Source: Leucoraja ocellata (taxonomy: Eukaryota). Taken from it: DNA of 64,000 bases. The stretch lies in the NCBI GenBank assembly GCA_036785375.1, contig JAWMAR010000578.1:992001-1056000 (forward strand), written 5' to 3'. Below the pieces are notes generated by a model. The model had not been told where the DNA came from, ran no database searches, and saw only the letters and a list, made by a program, of their open reading frames with translations. A program made the position numbers and the translations under genes. Shown one piece after another: positions 51,491-63,839 of this stretch (its first letter is position 1; every line of letters starts with the position of its first letter).

Positions 51491-51534
51491 CGTTTCTGCA
51501 CTTCGACTTGATTCCATCGAATTTTTATTAACAT
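51491..51534 (-). CDS. Gene D first cytoplasmic exon (44 nt): (D)VNKNSMESSRSAET
   Basis: gttttctttag acceptor, ACG|gtaggg donor; same length and phase as B 11587-11630. Confidence 0.7.
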
Positions 51535-52007
51535 CTAAAGAAAACAAGACAACAAAATGAATATTGTGTCTTTGAAGATAATCAAATGTATTGGCTAAAG
51601 TAAGAACTCCTGATGGCGCCGTTATATTTGAAACCGTTTAGCAATAGCGGTTTTTGCAATCTTGTGTTAGTGTATTAACTTCGCATAGTCTGTAATATGT
51701 AATCGAACATGACTTTGAATTAAATTATCAAATGGTGATAGCGTGTCAGCAGCCGTGTCACATTCCAAAATTACAATGAAAATAAAAAGTGTGGCAAGTT
51801 AGAGCAGGTTGCTCACAAACAAAGTCAAGATCCATATCAAATTCCTTAAGATTCAATAGTTTTAAAGAATAAAATGTAATGTATGAACAATTCCTCTTAG
51901 ATGTGAAATAAAGACGCAGTCGATGAGCGAATAATTCGAATTTTGAAAAAAATAAAATGTTCCAGCACATTTCAATAGTTAACTGTCATAATGTTTTTGT
52001 TATGTGA

Positions 52008-52051
52008 ATGATCACCTAATGATGACCTAATGATCACCTAATGATGACCTA
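52008..52051. repeat. 11-bp tandem repeat atgat(c/g)accta x4
   Basis: Direct reading. Confidence 0.85.
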
Positions 52052-52156
52052 CAATGTTTCTTCTTCTGCACTCGACATTTATTAATTCAATGTTCCTGTT
52101 TTCTGAAATACTGTTAGGATATTAAAGCAATTGGCAAAAATAAATAACGGTCTTAC

Positions 52157-52282
52157 CATTTGTTGCCTTTATTCTGAGTACTATCAAAATTATAATCGGG
52201 ATTAAAATTGCCAATACGCCCAGTACACATCCGAGAATCAGTGCGAGATTAGAGTCTGCAGGAGAAGCAGATACATTTAAAA
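52157..52282 (-). CDS. Gene D TM exon: (V)LNVSASPADSNLALILGCVLGVLAILIPIIILIVLRIKATN(G)
   Basis: ttttacag acceptor, AATG|gtaaga donor, 126 nt; uncharged TM. Confidence 0.85.
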
Positions 52283-52521
52283 CTGTAAAACAGATAAACC
52301 AAGAAACTGGTGAGAAATTAGGAGTCAGGAAGGCAGAGCACTCCGAATGTGTCTTTTTAATCCTTGGTGTACAAGCATTCCAATATATACCGAATGGAAC
52401 GAATTGCATTATTTGCAAGTTAGCGAATAAATATATATCGTCTGCTTTGATCTGTCATTTTCAGCTGACATCTCTTTGTAACCTTCCATATCTCTAGTTT
52501 CCCTTTCCACTGACTCTCAGT

Positions 52522-52549
52522 CTGAAGAGGTGTCTTGACACGAAACGTC
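52522..52549 (+). ncRNA. Minimal hammerhead-ribozyme-like core with compensatory stem-II change
   Basis: CTGAAGA-g-GTGTC-tt-GACAC-GAAAC-GTC. Confidence 0.55.
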
Positions 52550-54217
52550 ACCCATTCCTTCTCTTCGATGATGCTGCTTGGCCCGCTGTTACACCAGCAT
52601 TTCATGTCCATTTTCGGTGTAAACCACCATTTGCAGTTCCTTCCAACACAGATGTATGGTAAACACGTAAACCGTGTCACATAATGATCCAGCGAGCTTC
52701 TCTCTCTGTATGAAAGTTACTTATGAAGTATAAAGTGAGACTTGCTTTTATCTTAGCAGATTCCATATTTTAGGACTGGCATATAGCACCTGATTCTACA
52801 GCTTTTAAGGTGTAACAAAAGCAATTTACATTTCCGTGCGGGATTGCAAGCCTTTAACGTGTTAAAACATTTCAAGAAACAGGCAGGCCTTCCAACAAGA
52901 TTTGCCTCCAAATCGCAGATTATGAGAAATTAGGAGAGTCAAAGCACGAAAACCGGTCATTCCACCAAACTCACCCATGCCGAGCACGTTGCCCAACCGA
53001 GCTAGTCCCAGCTGCCTGTCGTAGGAACTCAACAGGCTTAGTTGCACTGCTGGAGGGAAATTACGTTTCGAGTAGTGACCATTCTTCAGCTACCCTCCGC
53101 AGAAGCTACCTGGGATGCTAAGTATCTCCAGAACTTTGCAGATGCTGGAAACATTTAAAAAGAAATCTCCTTTGCCTCCTACTTACCTGCTCCTGGCACA
53201 TATGATACTTGGTAGAAATGGTAGAACATTTAAGGGGCGGTTATAAGCCAGAAGGGCATTGAGGGGCATAGTGTGGGTAGTTGGTGGCATCATGGACAGT
53301 AAACGGATGAGAATAATTACATTTGAATACAACTAGACGAATATAGTGACATTTCATGTTGGTAAACTTATAAGGACTAGAGAATAAGGTCAGATGACCT
53401 CTCCGGGTGCAAGATTGTGGTCGTTCCTCGATTATAATCCAATTCTTGCCCATTGTTCATACCTTTTGATTTTAAAACACAAATGATCTGGGTAAACTGA
53501 CAAGGCCAGCACATACAGTATTCCCAATTCATACTTGTCCTTCACAGTGTGGCAGTGCAGTGAATCACTGCAGTCCTCTCGAAGATAATTCCAGTGTTAT
53601 TGGGTAGGGAGTTCCAAGATCAAATCCAAGCGACGATACGGCCGATTTATTTACAAGTCATGATGGTGTGTGACTCGGAAGGGAATTTGCAGGAGATGGC
53701 GCGTTCCTATGCACCTGTTGCCCTTGATCATCATTTTCAAAAACTATTGATCTCAGCTCTGAAATACAACATTATGGATCTGTGATGTTCCGAGGTACGG
53801 AATTACAAAGATTCACGTATCTCTGGGAAGTGAAATTTATCGCCTTAATACAAACGTTAAAAGCCGACTTCCTGTCTTAAAGAAAATATGTCTTGTTCAG
53901 AGCAATCTCCTTCCCCATTCGTCATACTATGTCACTTTGTAGTCGAGAGTTGAATGTTTGCTTGCTACACCACGGTCAAGTGCCTGAAAGTTTGCTGTTT
54001 CACACGCACGATATACATTAAACGTATTAATTAATCGTCGCAGTTCTAATTGAGAAAATATAGCGCTAAATGATGCATTAGGTTGCTTGCACATCGATAT
54101 TCTACTGTGAATAAATAGGTTAACATTTACTACTACACGTACAGTATTCGGCCAGATATAATTTCTAAATCGGATCGGAGGTCTCCCTCTGTTCCCAGTT
54201 CTGTTTGCCAGTCTTAC

Positions 54218-54508
54218 CTGGCTTGACGGTGTAGTCAACTCTGGCGGGGACCGCAAGGGAGACATGTGACACTAGGCAGGTGTAAATATCAACGCGCCAG
54301 GTAGGCTTTGTTACTTCGAGAAAACTGGAAGCCACATACAATCCCTCCACGCTACTGTTGTTCACAGGTTCTTCCCCGGTGGAAATTGTTACACCATTTC
54401 TTTGCCAGGATAATTTGACTTCCTTCGGGGAAAAGGCAGCCGTTTGACACACAAGTTTTGGCGGCGAACTGCCATTAACTTGGCTAATGCTCAGGGGAGT
54501 TGGCGGAG
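54218..54508 (-). CDS. Gene D C1-set Ig domain exon
   Basis: PPTPLSI..LVCQTAAFSPKEVKLSW..YTCLVSHVSL; 291 nt phase 1-1. Confidence 0.9.
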
Positions 54509-56008
54509 CTGTAACAGAAGGAAAACAAGTTATGTTGGATGTCTTCTTTCCATGTCAATGAATACTCTGTCATACGGCTTGTGAAGACATTGCAGTATCA
54601 TGACCACATGGGTTATCGGTACGTTCACTTTTAAACTCGTGGATTTGTCACTGATTTATAGTTCGTCTTACCATGGACAGTAAAATACATTCAAGGAACA
54701 CATAGGAATGTGATTTTCGATTTAAGTAATATGCGGAGAATGTCCCATTGTTCTGAATGGAAGTGCCAGATTTAGCGCGCCGAAGAAGCTGACAGCAATA
54801 TTTAGTAATTACGCCAGCAATGACTGTGTGTTACATGTTTGTTGCAAAGAATGATACAGGCCCGGTGTCGCCTTCACGCTGACTATTAAACTCCTATTAA
54901 TTTATCCAATTTTCCTGTCGCATCCATATCAACTGTCCTCATTCTTCTCCACTACAATCAATTATCAAGGGATAATTTACCGCTGGCTACCCTACCAACC
55001 AGCGAAAAGTTGGCAATGGGTAAGTTAGCGTAGCAACGGAAGAAAAACCACGAATTTGCGAGGAGATTGTTAAACTGCACACAGACTAACAAATCCTAAC
55101 GAATCCAGCCCTGTATATATTCACATCTCGCCAATGCATATGGTCGAGGGGCAGGGTTTGGCTACATCTATCGATCTGAGGTTTGGCCCCATAATAGTTC
55201 AAGATACAAGATACAAGATACATTTAATTGTCACATGTGCCAGACTGGGGTTGAGAGTTCAGATGAAGTAACTTTCACAAGGAAAACCTTTCCCAGGCCG
55301 CGATATACGGTATGATTGTACACGGTATGATTGAGTTATACTGACAATTGGTTGATAATAACAAATAAAGGTGATAGAACGTGAAAGTGACTTCCAATGT
55401 GGCAACACATTTTATCTATATCTATGGCCTTTTCTAAATTTGCTCGATATATTGAACGCTCGATTACTTACATGTAAGTAAGATTCTATTGAACCGAACT
55501 CCATATTTGTCATTTACGAACATTGATCTTTCTCAGTTAAATCTAGTCAGTGTTTAGCTGGAAGGACAGGTGTATTGTGAGCCCAGTACAAGCAATTTGT
55601 TGAACATCTAACTTTTAAATCTTCTTACATTCCATTTTTGTACTAACAAGTTATTGAATCAGGATCATTATTGCCTTCGGAAGAGAGTTATGTGTTTATT
55701 CCCAACCTCAGCGAGTGCACTACCAACTAAAACTCAGTTTCTCCATGGCACAAAAACAGATTATTTTATGTGGAATAAATATTTGTTGCTAAGTTCAGTG
55801 ACAGCGCCGTTTTACTTGTAGGCATTTCAACCGAGGGTCGTGTAAATGGAAACCACGATTTGCAAGGACAGGAGCACTGGTGTTTCATCAAAAGACAATT
55901 ACATTCTGTTCGTGCTTTACAGATATTTGGCGGTTAAATAAAAATGCTCGAATACACAAAAATGTAACTCAGCGGGACAGGCAGCATCTCTAGAAAGAAG
56001 AATTGGGT

Positions 56009-56036
56009 GACGTTTCGGGTCGAGACCCTTCTTCAG
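56009..56036 (-). ncRNA. Minimal hammerhead-ribozyme-like core (consensus-intact)
   Basis: Reverse complement reads CTGAAGA-a-GGGTC-tc-GACCC-GAAAC-GTC. Confidence 0.55.
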
Positions 56037-56752
56037 TCTGGAGATGCTGCCTGTCCCGCCGAGTAACTCCAGCGTTTTTTGTCTATCTTTATTACATCCA
56101 AATCATGAGAGCTCCCTTTATTCACACGTTTCCTGACTTTAAGGATAAAACTAATAGATTTCTGAAAATTAGTTATAACAAATACTGGGTAGACAATTTG
56201 TAGCGGTTGCGTCAAAAAGGGTAAGATTGTGTGTGGACTGTGGGTGGACACAGTTCTGGGGAGGTTGTAGCCACAGTTGGCCTGGAATGGTGACTTTTCA
56301 TTATACATAAGAACAGACCCAGACTCAATGTATTAAAATGATTCCCGTGAGGAAAAAGCCGCCATACTTCCCACAGTCCAGATTAAATATCCAAGTGGCT
56401 TGAGCATCTTCACTGAAAAACAATGTGGTCACTGAGCACCGTGGGAATGATGAAGAGTGAATCTGAATCGTGGGCGATAGCAGCGCGACTACAGAAGGAC
56501 AAAGGAAAAGGCCCCTGGAAGCACGAAAAACGAGAACAACCCTCCCTCGCCACACACATGCTGCCCGATCAGCTAATTATTTCCAGACATTTCAGATTTC
56601 AAGTCGGCGGAGTGGTTTGAATTCATAACATAAAATACAGTTATTAGTAATCATCCAGTTTTAACCCAGCGATAAAATGTGATGTTATTCACATTAGAGA
56701 GCATAATTTATACTATAGAGAGCTTACGTTCTCTCCGTCATGGGATACTTAC

Positions 56753-57058
56753 CAATTACAGTCAGCCTGGAGCCAGCTCCATCTCCGATAGATTGCTGCT
56801 GATGTTTCACTTTACAATAATAAACCCCGGAGTCCGCTACATTTGCATTCAGGAGAACAAAATCCCCACTGCCCTTTTTGGTAGAAATTATTTTTCTGCT
56901 GTCTGGTTCTATAAATGTCTTCTCTCCCCATCTCCACCAAGAAACATCAAGAGTAACTTGTTGTATTGAGAATGTGCAGAACATGGACGCATTGCCTCCT
57001 CTGTGGACTGTCAGCTCTTTCGGGAATTGGTCCACTTTGGTCGAAGTTACTTCGTTGG
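56753..57058 (-). CDS. Gene D VJ-type V-set Ig domain exon
   Basis: MFC..VSWWR..DSGVYYC..GDGAGSRLTV; 306 nt with cag/gtaag boundaries. Confidence 0.92.
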
Positions 57059-57264
57059 CTGCCAGAAATTAAGGAAACACACTGAAAACAGTTGCACAAA
57101 CTGGACAAGGAAAATGAATCAAGAGTTGAAAATTACAACAGTAAATTAGAATTAGCGACAAGCGAGCTGGAGAAGCACTGTAACTAAATTCACAGTGGGC
57201 AACTAAATGGAGTATTCTAAAACAGAATTGAATATGATGGACCGGCACATATATCTAAAAGTAC

Positions 57265-57319
57265 CTTGCCAAACTGTCACCAGAAGGGCCATGTACCGAA
57301 ATGATGCTTCCACTGTCAT
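57265..57319 (-). CDS. Gene D signal peptide exon (MTVEASFRYMALLVTVWQ/G)
   Basis: 55 nt, CAAG|gtactt donor. Confidence 0.85.
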
Positions 57320-58189
57320 ATTATAAGAAAGTTGTTGGCCGTTTGTTGCAAATGAGAGAAGTTTCCTAAAAGATCCTTGCAAGAAAGAGTTGCTGGTGAA
57401 TAAATATTTTCCGCTTGTGACCATGACATAGGATGTCACATGACGGTAAAGTGGGTTTCACATTTGGTTCGGTGTTGGTGGAGTACTAGTGTGAGCGAGG
57501 GTCCGCCCCCACTGCCAAGTGAACAGTTTCTATCGGGGTACAATTCTCTCTCAGACTTCCCTGGATCCATGTTCAAATGATTGACTGACCATTCAGAAGA
57601 GAATCGCAGATTTTCCTCATTCGACGTAAGGGACTTACAATCTAATATGAACTTAAAAAAAAATTACCGGGGGAAGGAAGGAGAATGTGGTTGAGAGCGA
57701 AGGGTTAATCAGTCATGATAGAATGGCGGAGAAGACTCGATGGGCTGAATGGTCTAATTCTGCTTTGATTTATGAGTTTATGAATTTATTTCGTCACCGC
57801 ACTTCGGGTTTGATGTCTTTCTAATCTCTCTTATGTTCCATGTCCCGGGGCTTGAAGCCCACTGGAAAAACAACAGGATTAACTAACCCAGATATTTCTT
57901 TCTTTATTTCTTTCGCTTCAACACAGCCTGATTTTAATTGGAATATAAAGCAAGGAAGGATGAACTGAAATGGACGATTAGAAGGACCAAAAGTTGCCAC
58001 CAGACGCTTGAAGAAGGGTCCCGAAACGTCACCCATTCCTTGTCTCCAGAGATGCTGCCTGTCCTGCTGAGTGACTCCAGTATAAAAGCTGCCACAAAAT
58101 GGTTTTGGGGAGTCGGATTACATACAATCCCTTTTAAAAAAATACCTACATTAAAACAAGAGGGTAACGAAGATAGGGGAGGGGTCACT

Positions 58190-59840
58190 CAATGTTGTGC
58201 ATGGAGACGGGTTGAGGCAAAGTACTAAACAGGTACATTGCATCTGTATTGACTGAGGAGAAGGGCATGGAAGACGGTGAGTTCAGTGTCGAGAATATTA
58301 ATATTCAAGGACAGATTTTGGATTAAGATACAGGGGTTTTTAAAAAAACATTAACGTGGATAAATCCACAGGGCCTAATGCGATATATTTCTTGAGAGAG
58401 GCAAGAGCGGAAATTGCAAGAACCTTGACAAAGATTTTAGCATTTTTTCTGGCTAAATGCAATGATCTGGAGGACTGCAGAGTAGCTAATGTTGTTCCAT
58501 TGTTTAAAAAGGGAAATAGAGGGAATTTAACTAATATGGGCCTGGTGCACCACACGTCAATAATAGGGAGGCTATTGGATATGATTCATTTGGATAGGAT
58601 TTACTTCCATTTGGAAGAGAATGGTTTCATTTAGACAGTCAGCATGGCTTTGTACATGACAGGTCATGTTTTTATTAATGCTCCAGATTTTTTGAAGAAG
58701 GAGCAAAGGTGATCCATGACAGTAGAATGGCGGATGGCATCTACATAGATTTTAGGGATGCATTTGATGTAGGCTGATCCAAAAGATCAGGATCTTGTGT
58801 TTTGACAGAGGATTAACAATGATTTCATTGTATGGATTCATAAATGGCTTACTAATAGAAGGCAGTGGGTAGTGGTGGAAGAACAATATTCAGGCTGGAG
58901 GTCTGGATGATCTATTGTACATTTTTGTTGTACTCCGTCCCCTTTGATATCTTGTTTTCACACCCTACCCTTCCATATCTTTGTGTCTCCCTCTCCACTG
59001 ACTCTCAGTTTGCAGAAGGGTCTCAACCTGAAATGTCATCCATTCCTTCTATCTAGGGTTGCTGCCTGACCTGCTGAGTTACTCCAACATTTTGTGTTTT
59101 TCTTTGGTGTAAATCAGCATCTGCAGTTCCTTCCTACACTTAATAATTTCTTTAGCTGAAGGGCAACACTCCAGAGGACTGAAGAACAGCCAATATTGTT
59201 CCTTTGTTTAAGAAGGAAACTAGAGATGATCAAGGAAATTATAGGACTGGGCCTCACATCAGGGATAGATCAGCTATTGGAGTGGATTATTTGGGAGAGG
59301 CTCTATTTGTGTTTGGAAGAAAATGGGCTAATTAAAGACAGTCAGCGTGGCTTTGTACATAGAAGGCCATGTATTATGACCCTGATTGGTGTTTTTGAGC
59401 AGGAGATGAAGGTGATTGATCTGGGTGGGGCAGTGAATGCTGTCTTAGTTTATTTTTGGCTAGACATTTGATTGAATCCCTCATGGTAGGTAATCCAAAA
59501 GATGAAAGTGTTTGGAATCCAAGGTGATGTGGTTGTTGGAATTCAGAACTGACTTACTCAGAGCAGACTGAGTGCTGTGATGGAAGTGAGTTATTTTAGC
59601 TGGATGTCTGTGACCAAGAAAGTTTCTTGGGGATCTGCACTGGGACCTCTGTCATCAGCAATATATAAAAATGATTTGCAAATAAATGGGTTGGTTAGTA
59701 GTTATCAAATAATACCAAAATTGGGAAACTTGTGGAAAAGAGGTTGGCAGTCAAGTTATATGAGGGATTATAATCAGTTGCAGAAATGGACGGAGAAATG
59801 GCAGAATGAGTGTGCAAGTGTGGTGCACTTTGGGAGGTCA
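58190..59840 (+). mobile_element. Old degenerate CR1 fragments (two pieces) with an intervening Penelope-type repeat
   Basis: DKSTGP..VANVVPLFKKG.. and SQRGFV..GSALGPL motifs with many stops. Confidence 0.7.
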
Positions 59841-62800
59841 AATAACCATATAACCATATAACAATTACAGCACGGAAACAGGCCATCTCGGCCCTACAAG
59901 TCCGTGCCGAACAACTTTTTTTCCCTTAGTCCCACCTGCCTGCACTCATACCATAACCCTCCATTCCCTTCTCATCCATATGCCTATCCAATTTATTTTT
60001 AAATGATACCAACGAACCTGCCTCTACCACTTCCACTGGAAGCTCATTCCACACCGCTACCACTCTCTGAGTAAAGAAGTTCCTCCTCATGTTACCCCTA
60101 AACTTCTGTCCCTTAATTCTGAAGTCATGTCCTCTTGTTTGAATCTTCCCTATTCTCAAAGGGAAAAGCTTGCCACATCAACTCTGTCTATCCCTCTCAT
60201 CATTTTAAAGACCTCTATCAAGTCCCCCCTTAACCTTCTGCGCTCCAGCGAATAAAGACCTAATTTATTCAACCTATCTCTGTAACTTAGTTGTTGAAAC
60301 CCAGGCAACATTCTAGAAAATCTCCTCTGTACTCTCTCTATTTTGTTGACATCCTTCCTATAATTGGGCGACCAAAATTGTACACCATACTCCAGATTTT
60401 CTCACCAATGCCTTGTACAATTTTAACATTACATCCCAGCTTCTATGCTCAATGCTCTGATTTATAAAGGCTAGCATACCAAAAGCTTTCTTTACCACCC
60501 TATCTATATGAGATTCCACCTTCAAGAAACTATGCACGGTTATTCCCAGATCCCTCTGTTCAACTGTATTCTTCAATTCCCTACCATTTACCATGTACGT
60601 CCTATTTTGATTTGCCCTGCCAAGGTGTAGCACCTCACATTTATCATCATTAAACTCCATCTGCCATCTTTCAGCCCCTTTTTCCAAATGGCCTAATTCA
60701 CTCTGTAGACTTTGGAAATCCTCTTCATTATCCACAACACCCCCTATCTTGGTATCATCTGCATACGTACTAATCCAATTTACCACACCTTCATCCAGAT
60801 CATTGATGTACATGACAAACAACAAAGGACCCAACACAGATCCCTGAGACACCCCACTAGTCACCTGCCTCCAACCCGATAAACAGCCATCCACCATTAC
60901 CCTCTGGCTTCTCCCATTCAGCCACTGTTGAATGCATCTTGCTATTCCTGCATTTATACCCAACAGTTGAACCTTCTTAACCAACCTTCCATGAGGAACC
61001 TTGTCAAAGGCCTTACTAAAATCCATATAGACAACATCCACTGCTTTACCCTCGTCAATTTCCCTAGTAACCTCTTCAAAAAATTCAAGAAAATTAGTCA
61101 AACATGACCTTCCAGGCACAAATCCATGTTGACTGTTCCTAATCAGACCCTGTTTATCCAGATGCTTATATATATTATCTCTAAGTATCTTTTCCATTAA
61201 TTTGCCCACCACTGAAGTCAAACTAACAGGTCTATAATTGCTAGGTTTACTCTTAGAACCCTTTTTAAACAATGGAACAACATGCGCAGTACGCCAATCC
61301 TCGGGGACTATTCCCGTTTCTAATGACATTTGAAATATTTCTGTCATAACCCCGGCTATTTCTACACTAACTTCCCTCAATGTCCTAGGGAATATCCTGT
61401 CAGGACCTGGAGACTTATCCACTTTTATATTTTTCAAAAGTGTCAGTACTTCTTTTACTTTGAACCTCGTAGTATCCATAGCTACTCTACTAGTTTCCCT
61501 TACCTCACATAATTCAATATCCTTCTCCTTGGTGAATACCGAAGAAAAAAAAATGTTCAATATCTCCCCCATCTCTGTTGGCTCTGCAGATAGCTGTCCA
61601 CTCTGTCTCTCCAATGGACCAATTCTATCCCTCGTTATCCTTTTGCTATTAATATAGCTGTAGAAACTCTTTGGATTTACTTTCACCTTACTTGCCAAAG
61701 CAACCTCATATCTTCTTCTAGCTTTTCAAATTTCTTTCTTAAGATTCTTTTTACATTCCTTATACTCCTCAAGCACCTCATTTACTTCATGCTGCCTATA
61801 ATTATTGTAGATCTCCCTCTTTTTCCGAACAAGATGTCCAATTTCCCTTGAAAACCAGGGTTCTTTCCAATTTTTACTGTTTCCTTTCAACCGAACAGGA
61901 ACATAAAGATTCTGTACTCTTAAAATTTCCCCTTTAAATGTCCTCCATTTCTCTTCTACATCTTTCCCATAAAACAAAATGTCCCAGTTCACTCCTTTTA
62001 AATCCTCGCATCTCATCAAAGTTAGCCTTTCTCCAATCCAAAATCTCAACCCTAGGTCCAGTTCTGACCCTCTCCATAATGATATTGAAACTAATGGTAT
62101 TGTGATCACTGGACCCGAAGTGCTCCCCAACGCATACCTCCGCCATCTGTCCCGTCTCATTTCCTAACAGGAGGTCCAGCACTGCCCCTCCTCTAGTAGG
62201 TACCTCTATGTATTGCTGCAAAAAACTATCCTGCACACATTTTACAAACGCCAAACCATCCAGCCCATTTACAGAATGTGTTTCCCAGTCTATGTGTGGA
62301 AAGTTGAAATCTCCCACAATCACTACCTTGTGCTTATTACTAATATCTGCTATCTCCTTACATATTTGCTCTTCCAATTCTCGTTCCCCATTTGGTGGTC
62401 TATAATACACCCCTATAAGTGTTGCTACACCTTTCCCACTTCTCAGTTCCACCCAAATAGCCTCCCTAGATGAGCCCTCCAATCTATCCTGCCAAAGCAC
62501 AGCTGTAATATCTTCCCTGACTAGCAATGCAACACCTCCACCTCTTGCCCCTCCAATTCTATCACACCTGAAGCAACGAAATCCTGGAATATTTAGTTTC
62601 CAATCACAGCCCTCCTGCAACCATGTTTCACTGATCGCCACAACATCATACTTCCATGTGTCTATCCAGACTCTAAGCTCATCCACCTTTCTTACAATGC
62701 TCCTAGCATTAAAATATGCACATTTAAGAAACCCCCCGTCTCTTATTCTCTGGTTATTTCTTTTTTTTTATTTCTCCTCTTGTGTCCGAGTGCTTCTCTT

Positions 62801-63180
62801 TTCTGCTTCCTGCCTCCCATTCTGTCTACTCGCTTTCTCTATTTGAGTCCCTCGCCCCAACCATTCTAGTTTAAAGTCTCCCCAGTAGCCTTTGCAAATT
62901 TCCCCGCCAGGATATTGGTCCCCCTCGGGTTCAAGTGAAACCCATCCTTTCTGTACAGGTCCCACCTTCCCCAAAAGAAGTCCCAATGATCCAGAAACTT
63001 GAATCCCTGCCCTGTGCACCAGTGTTTCAGCCATGCATTTATCCTCCACCTCGCTCCATTCCTACTCTCACTGTCGCGTGGCACAGGCAGTAATCCTGAG
63101 ATTGTTACCTTTTTGGTCCTTTTCCTTAACTCTCCTCCCAGCTCCCTAAAATCCTCCCTTTAGGACCTCTTCCCTTTTTT
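59841..63180 (-). mobile_element. CR1 LINE (family 2): partial ORF1 (esterase/SGNH-like) plus frameshifted ORF2 (APE endonuclease + RT)
   Basis: ORF1 end NAWL..W..GFKFLDHW..DGFHLN; EN ISETWL, GDFN, SDH; RT QGSVLGP, YADD; (taaccata)n tail. Confidence 0.95.
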
Positions 63181-63839
63181 TACGTCTTGTCTTATTTAGG
63201 GGAAGATGTAGATTTGGCTTTTTTTCCATTTCGTTTTATTACCCTATCTGGATGCGAAGCTTTGTAAACTTGTTAATTCAACCCTCTACTGTTTACAGTA
63301 ATGACAACATGTTCGATGACAATAAAGTGCTCTGGGACCAAAAGTAGATTTAAAACACGTGTTCCCTCGTGTTTCACTAGTTGTTTTCTTTGTTAAGCGG
63401 CTCATCTCTTCTTGCAAGCATATTAACCGACAAATTATTTCAGATTTGTTTTCAGCTGAAATTACTTCAGTGTTTCGAAATGCCCCTCTCTTGTCGTAAC
63501 CGATAATACAGGGGAATGTCAGGATATTTATCCAATTATCAATTTTATAATGATTGCCAATGAAACAATAAGTGGTTTGTCCTTCTACGTTTCAATAGAA
63601 AGATTGGCAACTTTAAAACTTGTTTTGAATTGATATCAAGATAATTGTTTCGTATTTCTTTTTTCCAGAATGTACACGGCGCGCAATTACCAAACATAAA
63701 ACTCGCAGAGCAAATATTTTGGTATCAGAAACAGGGTCTCAAATAAATTACTCAAATTAGACTTCTTCCACTTCAGCGTCAAATTGGATACCGCAAGCAG
63801 TTTGCAACTTCAGATCATCGTACTCTTTGACCACAACGA

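Noticed and set aside
57435-57444. Shared proximal E-box GTCACATGAC as a cluster promoter motif
   Set aside because: Present in D and partly in A (523-531) but not conserved in B or C; too short to support alone.
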